Source of the DNA: Candidatus Eiseniibacteriota bacterium
GTDB lineage: Bacteria > Eisenbacteria > RBG-16-71-46 > CAVPCR01
NCBI GenBank assembly: GCA_963702435.1
Contig: CAVPCR010000004.1
Span: forward strand, 160,001-224,000
Reading direction: 5' to 3'
Length of the DNA: 64,000 nt
Under the pieces are notes generated by a model. The model was not told the DNA's origin and did no database searches. It saw nothing but the letters and a program-made list of their open reading frames with translations. Positions 57,458 through 64,000 of this stretch are shown here, one piece after another. The stretch's first letter is position 1, and each line of letters starts with the position of its first letter. Made by a program: the position numbers and the translations under genes.

Positions 57458-58751
57458 AGAACCTGGCCTTGATCGAGCCCCAGGTCGCGGGCGCGACCGC
57501 GGTGGTGCAGCCGGCCCCGAGGGCGCCGATCAGGTCGCACGGGGCTCCCGCGGGGTGGTTGCCCGGGAGACAGGGTGAGGTCGCGTCGAGGTGGAGGTCC
57601 GGCGTCCGGAGGTCGCAAAACCGCGGGTCCAGGGCGAAGTTCCCGTTCACCCCGAGCTGGCCGGCGATGCAGCCGACCCAGTCACCGCCGGTGTTGCCGA
57701 AGATGTCCGAGCAGGAAACGGTGGCGGTGCTCTGTTGCAGGCAACGGACCGCGATACCGTCGCCCAGGGCGATGATGGTCCGCTCGATGAGGATTTGCCC
57801 AGGCGGTCCGATGAAGTTGTTGACCTCGACCCCGGCGCCACTGAACGCGGCCTGGCTCAGGATCAGCGTCGAGCTGCGCAAGGTGACATCGGCGCTGGAG
57901 CTGTGGACGATGCTCGATCCGAAGTTCGAGAACATCAGGCAGCCGGTGATGACGGTGGTCGCGCCCAGGTGGCACGACACGGCAGCTCCGCCCAGGGTGT
58001 CGCCCGCGTTGCGGACGAAGGTGCAGTCGCTGATCGTGGCTGATCCGTACTGGCAGAAGATCCCCCCGCCGCCCTCGGCAAAGTTCCCGTCGAACGTGCA
58101 CCGGGAGATGGTCGCGGTAGAGCCGCCGAGGTAGATGCCGCCGCCGCCGGAGCCGCAGCAGGCGTCGTTGCGGACGAAGGTGCAGTCGGCTATGACCATG
58201 GACCCGTTGGAACAGGCGAGCCCGCCGCCGATCAAGGCGCTGTATTGGTTGCAGTTCTCGAGGAACGCGCAGCCGGTGAGCGTGGGCGACGAGGTGTCCA
58301 CGTACATCCCGCCGCCGTAGGAGGCGGTGCAGTGAGTGATCACGCAGTTCTGGATGGTGGGTGAGGAGCCGTTGATGCAGAGAATGCCACCGCCGCGGTC
58401 GCCCTCTTGCACGTTGCCGTTGATGATTGTGAAGCCGTCCACGACCGCGGCGCCCGTCTCGCCGTCGTCGAAGACGAAGCCGCGGCCGGAGCAGTTGATG
58501 ACGGTCGCCGCCGCGCCTCCGGTGCCGCGCAAGGTGACCGCCTTGCCGCCGAAGTCGAGGTTGCTGTTCTGCGGACCGCTGTAGGTGTTCGGGGCGACGA
58601 GGATGACATCGCCGGGAGCGGCCGCGGTCAAGGCGGCCTGGATGGTCTGGAAGTCGCCGGGGACGTTGATGGTCGCGGCGGCGCCTAGGCGGGAAAAAGC
58701 GGTCGCGGCCGCCACGACGACCGCGGCGGAGAGGAGCCGGGACAAGTGCAT
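57456..58751 (-). CDS. Secreted right-handed beta-helix (Pmp-like GGG/FxxN repeat) protein with TWGSIK tail
   Basis: VPGDFQTIQAA, GGG(I/L)..CTF..N repeats, DPRFC..SPC, ends VAPATWGSIKARF. Confidence 0.88.
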   Translation of the reverse strand: MHLSRLLSAAVVVAAATAFSRLGAAATINVPGDFQTIQAALTAAAPGDVILVAPNTYSGPQNSNLDFGGKAVTLRGTGGAAATVINCSGRGFVFDDGETGAAVVDGFTIINGNVQEGDRGGGILCINGSSPTIQNCVITHCTASYGGGMYVDTSSPTLTGCAFLENCNQYSALIGGGLACSNGSMVIADCTFVRNDACCGSGGGGIYLGGSTATISRCTFDGNFAEGGGGIFCQYGSATISDCTFVRNAGDTLGGAAVSCHLGATTVITGCLMFSNFGSSIVHSSSADVTLRSSTLILSQAAFSGAGVEVNNFIGPPGQILIERTIIALGDGIAVRCLQQSTATVSCSDIFGNTGGDWVGCIAGQLGVNGNFALDPRFCDLRTPDLHLDATSPCLPGNHPAGAPCDLIGALGAGCTTAVAPATWGSIKARF

Positions 58752-58872
58752 TGAAGCCTCCGGGGCATGTGCTTCGTTCGGAATCGCTGCATTCGGGATT
58801 GCATTGAGATTGTAGCAGACAACCGGGAGCGCGACCTGTCTCGTTCTCTGAATGCGGGAGGACCGTCCCGCG

Positions 58873-59247
58873 TCAGGCTGCGCGCACGCGGATGCGCCCG
58901 ACCCGGGCGACGACGCGGAGCAGCGTCGCATCATCGGTGATGCGGCCGACCGGATTCACCTCGCTCGCCGGCACCGGCCGATCGCCCGGGCTCGCCGGGG
59001 TCGGGCCGTAGAAGATGGCGAGCGCCTTGCCCTCCGGCCAGTAGGCAAGATCGCCGACCTGGACCTTGAGCGTGCGCGTCGCGTCGAGCGGCAGGTTGAC
59101 CGGGATCGGGAAGTAGTACTCGTCGCCCCAGGTCGAGAAGGCGGCTTCGAGGGGGAGCGCGGCGGCGATGGCCTGGGCCGTCGGCGCGTCGGAGAGCTCG
59201 GCCTTGAGCTTCAGGTTGCCGATCTCGAGCACGATGGGGGTGGGCAT
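58873..59247 (-). CDS. Cyclophilin-like fold protein (DUF369/TM1367-like)
   Basis: TWGDEYYF, GDLAYWPEGKALAIFYGPTP, VNPVGRI. Confidence 0.85.
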   Translation of the reverse strand: MPTPIVLEIGNLKLKAELSDAPTAQAIAAALPLEAAFSTWGDEYYFPIPVNLPLDATRTLKVQVGDLAYWPEGKALAIFYGPTPASPGDRPVPASEVNPVGRITDDATLLRVVARVGRIRVRAA

Positions 59248-59490
59248 GCGCGCATCGTAGCAAGAGGGGCGCGGCGGCGCCATGCGGCCGACCTCGGGAC
59301 GCCTGCAAGGCGCGCCCGCCGTGCAGATCGCCCGCCGGCGCGCGGTGGGCCGCCATGTCGCTGCCGGGGCGAAGGTTCACGGCGGGCAACAAGCCCTGCG
59401 CGGCGGTATGCCCCTTGCTTCTCCTGAACGCATCGGCTCGCACTCGGGGCGCGGACGGCAGGGATGGAGGGTGAGCCGGGGAGTGCCGCC

Positions 59491-59961
59491 ATGCGCTGGC
59501 GCCTCGTCGTCCTCGTGTTCACCGGCAGCCTCATGGCGTGCGCGCGCGGACCCGCATCCGATGCAGGGCGAGGTGCGTCATCCCGCGACTCGCTGGTCGC
59601 GGCGAGCGTCGGGTTCGGCGAGCTCGGTCCGGCCGGGGGCGGCGACGCGGCCGGGCGCGGCGAGGGGCCCGCCGGATTCGGCGCCGTGCGCGGAGAGATC
59701 GCTCCGGCGGGCGTCGAGGCCGTGATCCACGTGACCGCCGCCGGCGCCGACACGCACGCCACCGATCCCACGTTCTCCGATCCGCTCTCCGGCGCGTTCA
59801 CCGCCGAGGAACTGCCGCCCGCCGTCTACCGGGTCGAGATCGAGCCGCTCGATCCGGCCTACGCGCCGCGCGTCTTCGAGGACGTCGTCGTCCCTTACAA
59901 CGAGGTGCACGATCTCGGGACCGTCGACCTGAGCGGTGACCCTATCGCCACCCCGGACTAG
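59491..59961 (+). CDS. Hypothetical lipoprotein (carboxypeptidase-regulatory-like beta sandwich)
   Basis: Lipobox LMAC; GAF..LPPAVYRVEIEP..DLGTVDL. Confidence 0.65.
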   Translation: MRWRLVVLVFTGSLMACARGPASDAGRGASSRDSLVAASVGFGELGPAGGGDAAGRGEGPAGFGAVRGEIAPAGVEAVIHVTAAGADTHATDPTFSDPLSGAFTAEELPPAVYRVEIEPLDPAYAPRVFEDVVVPYNEVHDLGTVDLSGDPIATPD

Positions 59962-60152
59962 GCGAGCCCCCGCGCCGAGAGCACGGCGCGGATCGTGGGC
60001 CTCCTCATCATCGCGCTCAGTCCCCGCAACATCATCGCCTCGCTGCGCCAGGCAGCCCGTTGAGATTCGACGGGTCGCCGAGCGAGACAGCGCTGTACCC
60101 CCCCTGGAAGACGGCCGATAACCGGGAGATGGGAACGGCCCTGGAAGGGACG

Positions 60153-61577
60153 ATGGACCCGCTCGACCGGGGCGTGAGGGCCGGCCGACCCGGCGCAGCC
60201 GGGGAGGGTGCGCGCATCCGCCAGGCGATCCTCTCGCTCATCATCGCCGCCGCCGGCGTGCACGCCGCGGGCGTCGCCCTGCCCGGCCCGGCGAGCGCCG
60301 CCCTGCCCGGCCCGGCGAGCGCGGTAGCCGACGGCGGATCAACCGGCGCGGACGGCCCGACCGGCCGCGCGGTCCCGCGCATCGCCGCGATCGACGTCGA
60401 CGGTCTCGAGCACGTGCGACCCGAAGTGGTCACGCGCGAGCTCGGCGTGGCCGCCGGCGACCCGGCGAGCCGGATCGATCGTCACGCGATCACGTCCCGG
60501 CTCGAGAACCTCGGTCTCTTCAGCGCGATCGAGGTACGCACCGAGTTCTCCGATTCGACGGCGGTGACCCTCGCCGTCCGCGTGCGCGAGCGCCCGCGCC
60601 TCCTCCCGTATCCGATCGCGACTCTCTCCGAGAAGAGCGGGGTCACGGGCGGCGCCGCTCTCCTCTACTCGAATCCGACCGGCCGCGACGATCGGCTCGA
60701 GGCCGCGCTCTCGCTCGGCGGCGTGCGCGGCGCGCACCTCCGCTACGCGAACCCGTGGCTCGCCGGGAATCACCTGTCGGCCGGCATCTCCGCCAGCTTC
60801 TACCGCGAGGAGAACCGCTACGAGGGGTTCAGGGAGGAGACCATCGGGGTGGGAGCCACCGCCGGCTCCTATCTCACCGCGGATGGCGCGCTCCGCCTGA
60901 GCGGCGGGGCGAGCTACATGCAGCTTCGCGCCAGCGAGCCCGGCGAGACCATCTCGCCCGACAACCGGGACCGCATCCACGCAGTCACCGCGAGCCTCGC
61001 CCACGACACGCGCGATCTCTACCGGAACCCGCATCGCGGACACCGCCACGCGGCCGGGCTGACCGTCCACGGGTATGGTCTCGGCGGCACGGTGGATTAC
61101 ACGCAGCTCGTGCTCGACCTCCGCCACTTCCATCCGCTGGCGCGCGGACGTACTCTCGCGGTCGCAGCGCGGGGGGTCGCGCAGCCCGGGCTCGTGCCCG
61201 GCTACCGGCAGATCCGGCTCGGCGGCGCCAGCATGGTGCGCGGCGTTCCCGGCGAGGCGCGCGCCGGAGATCACGCGCTCGCCGCGAGCGTCGAGTGGAG
61301 GTTCGACGTGGCGGCGCCGCGCCGCATGGACCTCGGGCTCCCGATGCTGGATCGGATCGACGTCGGTCTCGCCGGCGCCGTGTTCGCCGATGCCGGAGCG
61401 GTCTACGGGCAGAGCGCCGCAGGCGTGCACGACCCGCTCACGTGGCCGGACGTCGCCGTGTCGGCGGGCGGGGGCTTTCGCCTCCTCGTGCCGTGGGTGG
61501 ATGTGCTGCGGCTCGATGTGGCGGTGACCGACGCGGGGACGGTGGGGGTCGAGCTGGCCCAGGGCATGAAGTTCTGA
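60153..61577 (+). CDS. BamA/TamA (Omp85)-family outer membrane protein, single POTRA
   Basis: VDGL..VVTREL..RLENLGLFS POTRA; HDTRD..NP; LGGASMVRG; FADAG; terminal Phe. Confidence 0.85.
   Translation: MDPLDRGVRAGRPGAAGEGARIRQAILSLIIAAAGVHAAGVALPGPASAALPGPASAVADGGSTGADGPTGRAVPRIAAIDVDGLEHVRPEVVTRELGVAAGDPASRIDRHAITSRLENLGLFSAIEVRTEFSDSTAVTLAVRVRERPRLLPYPIATLSEKSGVTGGAALLYSNPTGRDDRLEAALSLGGVRGAHLRYANPWLAGNHLSAGISASFYREENRYEGFREETIGVGATAGSYLTADGALRLSGGASYMQLRASEPGETISPDNRDRIHAVTASLAHDTRDLYRNPHRGHRHAAGLTVHGYGLGGTVDYTQLVLDLRHFHPLARGRTLAVAARGVAQPGLVPGYRQIRLGGASMVRGVPGEARAGDHALAASVEWRFDVAAPRRMDLGLPMLDRIDVGLAGAVFADAGAVYGQSAAGVHDPLTWPDVAVSAGGGFRLLVPWVDVLRLDVAVTDAGTVGVELAQGMKF
60275..60322 (+). repeat. 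24-bp tandem duplication (ALPGPASA x2)
   Basis: CGCCCTGCCCGGCCCGGCGAGCGC x2. Confidence 0.9.
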
Positions 61578-61615
61578 TGGGTTTCTTTGCGGATCCCAGG
61601 ACGGCGGGGGGTGCC

Positions 61616-63466
61616 ATGACCGATGAGGATCGCGAGCACGACGAGCCCGATAGGCACGACGAGCACGACGAGCCCGGCGACTCGGCCGAGGGCGTGGTCG
61701 TGCCCATCGAGGACGAGATCGACCTCCATGCCTACAACCCGCGCGACGTGAAGGAGGTCGTCGAGGAGTACCTCTACCAGTGCCGCCGCCGCGGCTTCCC
61801 CGAGGTGCGCGTGATCCAGGGCCGCGGGACCGGCACGCTCCGCGAGGTCGTGCGCGCGACCCTGCGGCGGAATCCGCACGTTCTCGCCTTCGACGACGCG
61901 CCCGCGGCGAGCGGCGGCTGGGGCGCCACCATCGTCACTCTCCGCTCGGGGCACCCCGATGCCGCACCGCCGCTCCCGGCGCGTCCGGCGCCGGCGGTAG
62001 CTGCGGCCCAGGGCGGCTCCGGCTCCGCGGGGCGGAGCGAGGCGCGCGGCTCGCTCACGCCGGCCGATCGCCGGCGCACGCGGCTCGTCCTCGGCCTCGG
62101 TCTTGCCGGTCTCGCCGTCGCGACCGTCCTCATGCTCCTCGGCATCGAGCCCTTCGCCAACACCTACTACTTCTTCGCCTGGTACGCGACCATCGCGATC
62201 GCCGATGCCTGGGCGCACCTCCGCCGCCCGCGCGAGCCCCTCCTCCTCGCCCGCCCCGGCATCTTCCTTCCGCTCCTCGCCTGGTCAGCGGTCTTCTGGC
62301 TCAGCTTCGAGCTGTGGAATCTCCGCCTCGAGAACTGGTACTACGTGAACGTCCTCGATCAGCGCTGGCTCCGGGTCGCCGGCACCATCGCGGCGTTCGC
62401 CACCGTCCTGCCCGGGCTCTTCCTCGTGACGCGGCTCCTCGGCACCTTCGGCGTCGGCGAGGGGGTGCGCACGCGACCGTTCCGCTTCCAGCCGGTGCAT
62501 CTCCATCTGATGCTCGGTCTCGGTGCGGTCTCGGCGCTCCTCGTCCTCGCCTGGCCGCAGGCCTTCTTTCCGCTGGTCTGGGGGGTCGCCTTCTTCCTCC
62601 TCGCCCCCGTGAATCATCGCGTGAGCCAGCGCGGTCTCCTGCGCGAGATCGAGGCGGGGCGATGGGGACTCGTGATCCGTCTCCTCCTCGGCGGCGCTCT
62701 CTGCGGATTCCTGTGGGAGTTCTTCAATATTCGCGCCGGCGCCAAGTGGATCTACACGGTGCCCGGGCTCGAGGATCTCAAGCTCTTCGAGATGCCGCTC
62801 CTCGGCTTCATCGGGTTCCCGCCGTTCGCGCTCGAGTGCTACGAGATGTATCGGGCGGTGATCGCGGCCGGGCTCGCTCCGGACTGGGAGAGCGCACCGC
62901 GCGCAGCGGCCGGCGGCGCAGCGGCGGCCGGCAACGCAGCCGGGACCGCGCCGGCCCGACCGGCTCCCGGCGCCCCGAGCTGGGTGCAGCCGCTCCTCGC
63001 CACGCTGGCCTGGCCGGTGCTCGCCGTCTTCTCCTTCGCGACGATCGGCCTCATGGAACGCTACACGGTGGACTCCACCATCCCGCGACCGGCCGATCTG
63101 ACGCTGGTCGCCGCCGATCCGGCTCTCGCCGGCCGGATCGCCGAGCTCGGGATCCGCGACGTGGCGCGCCTCGACAAGGTGCTGGCCGGCGCCGGCGCCG
63201 CCGCGCGCCTCGGCATCCCCCCCGAGAAGCACGACCTCCTCGCGGCGCAGGTGGATCTCGTCCTCCTCCGGGGGATCGGGACCGCCAACGCGGCGCGCCT
63301 CGCCGCGGTCGGAGTCAACAGCGTGGACGAGCTCGCGCGGACCGACGCCGCCGGCCTCGCGGGCTGGCTCGCGGCGGCCGATCCGACCTACGAGCCGCGC
63401 CTGGCGCGGCTCCGCGTGTGGATCCGGGGTGCACAGCGCGCGGTTGCCGCCGGGCGCGCGGAGTGA
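61616..63466 (+). CDS. Smr-domain / polytopic membrane / DUF4332-like fusion protein
   Basis: IDLHAY..VRVIQGRGTG..GGWGAT (Smr); about 8 TM with WEFFN..KWIYTVP..FEMP; LRGIG..L..VGVNSV..LA (HhH). Confidence 0.8.
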   Translation: MTDEDREHDEPDRHDEHDEPGDSAEGVVVPIEDEIDLHAYNPRDVKEVVEEYLYQCRRRGFPEVRVIQGRGTGTLREVVRATLRRNPHVLAFDDAPAASGGWGATIVTLRSGHPDAAPPLPARPAPAVAAAQGGSGSAGRSEARGSLTPADRRRTRLVLGLGLAGLAVATVLMLLGIEPFANTYYFFAWYATIAIADAWAHLRRPREPLLLARPGIFLPLLAWSAVFWLSFELWNLRLENWYYVNVLDQRWLRVAGTIAAFATVLPGLFLVTRLLGTFGVGEGVRTRPFRFQPVHLHLMLGLGAVSALLVLAWPQAFFPLVWGVAFFLLAPVNHRVSQRGLLREIEAGRWGLVIRLLLGGALCGFLWEFFNIRAGAKWIYTVPGLEDLKLFEMPLLGFIGFPPFALECYEMYRAVIAAGLAPDWESAPRAAAGGAAAAGNAAGTAPARPAPGAPSWVQPLLATLAWPVLAVFSFATIGLMERYTVDSTIPRPADLTLVAADPALAGRIAELGIRDVARLDKVLAGAGAAARLGIPPEKHDLLAAQVDLVLLRGIGTANAARLAAVGVNSVDELARTDAAGLAGWLAAADPTYEPRLARLRVWIRGAQRAVAAGRAE

Positions 63467-63525
63467 GCGCCGTGTGAGCGCGGGTCGCGGGCCGGCGCCG
63501 GCCGGAAGGACGTGACCCAAGCGAA

Positions 63526-63561
63526 AGGGGCGGTGCCCGGTTCTCCCGGGCACCGCCCCTG
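63526..63561. terminator. Intrinsic terminator hairpin between convergent genes
   Basis: 15-bp perfect stem AGGGGCGGTGCCCGG/CCGGGCACCGCCCCT with 6-nt loop; short T tract on minus strand. Confidence 0.75.
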
Positions 63562-63595
63562 GCGTCTGGTCCGATCCGCTTCTTGCGAGCCGCGA

Positions 63596-64000
63596 TCAGC
63601 GCACGACCGCGACGCGCGTCGCCTCGCCGATCACGGTGCCGTCGACGCTCAGGCGCACGAAGTAGACGCCGGTCGGTGCGAGCTCGCCGGAGGCGACACG
63701 CCCGTCCCAGGTCAGCGCGTGCTGGCCGCGAGGACGCGACTCCGCCGCGACGAGATGGCGCACAAGGCGGCCGTCGGGGCTGTAGACCGCGATGTCGACC
63801 TCGCTCGGGGCCGCGAGCTCGTAGCGCAAGGTGGCCGGACCGATGGTGGGATTCGGGCTCACGCGGAGCCCTTCGAGGCGCGCCGGCGGCGGCGCCGGCT
63901 GCACGTAGACCGGCGAACCGACCTCCTCGATCCGATCCACGCTCACGTGCGCGGTGGCTGAGCGGTCCACGATCTCCAGGTAGACCCGCTGGCCGAAGAA
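63596..64000 (-). CDS. C-terminus of a secreted protein with FlgD-Ig/T9SS-CTD-like domain (5' end outside window)
   Basis: SPNPT..YSPDGRLVR..WDGR..GVYFVRL. Confidence 0.85.
   Translation of the reverse strand, partial: FFGQRVYLEIVDRSATAHVSVDRIEEVGSPVYVQPAPPPARLEGLRVSPNPTIGPATLRYELAAPSEVDIAVYSPDGRLVRHLVAAESRPRGQHALTWDGRVASGELAPTGVYFVRLSVDGTVIGEATRVAVVR

Overview
High-GC bacterial chromosome segment with about 50 tightly packed CDSs. I found no rRNA, tRNA, CRISPR array, integrase or transposase. Several secreted proteins end in a PNPF/FlgD-Ig-type C-terminal domain or a short 'TWGxxK' tail; by inference this points to an FCB-group lineage such as Eisenbacteria, Krumholzibacteria or Latescibacteria. 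Recognisable blocks: a type III PKS/methyltransferase/FAD-oxidoreductase trio; an Fe-S photolyase-led operon; an atypical transketolase; a collapsed HupE/UreJ pseudogene mosaic; an ATP-grasp/GNAT/Fe-2OG dioxygenase cassette; ABC-F, M16 and M14 peptidases; UDP-GlcA decarboxylase; a biliverdin-reductase-like gene; an ECF sigma/anti-sigma/DUF6249 module with back-to-back promoters; a DUF2087/HD hydrolase/ADP-ribosylglycohydrolase operon; PPi-type PFK; large FG-GAP surface proteins; and a BamA-like gene followed by an Smr-membrane fusion. The most unusual observations are (1) a stand-alone DUF222-like HNH nuclease unit with its own promoter, a structured leader, an internal 41-bp repeat and a G/C skew that inverts inside the gene; (2) the TWGxxK tail as a candidate second export signal; and (3) pervasive short tandem duplications, two of which frameshift genes. 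Family assignments come from motif recognition by eye, not database searches.
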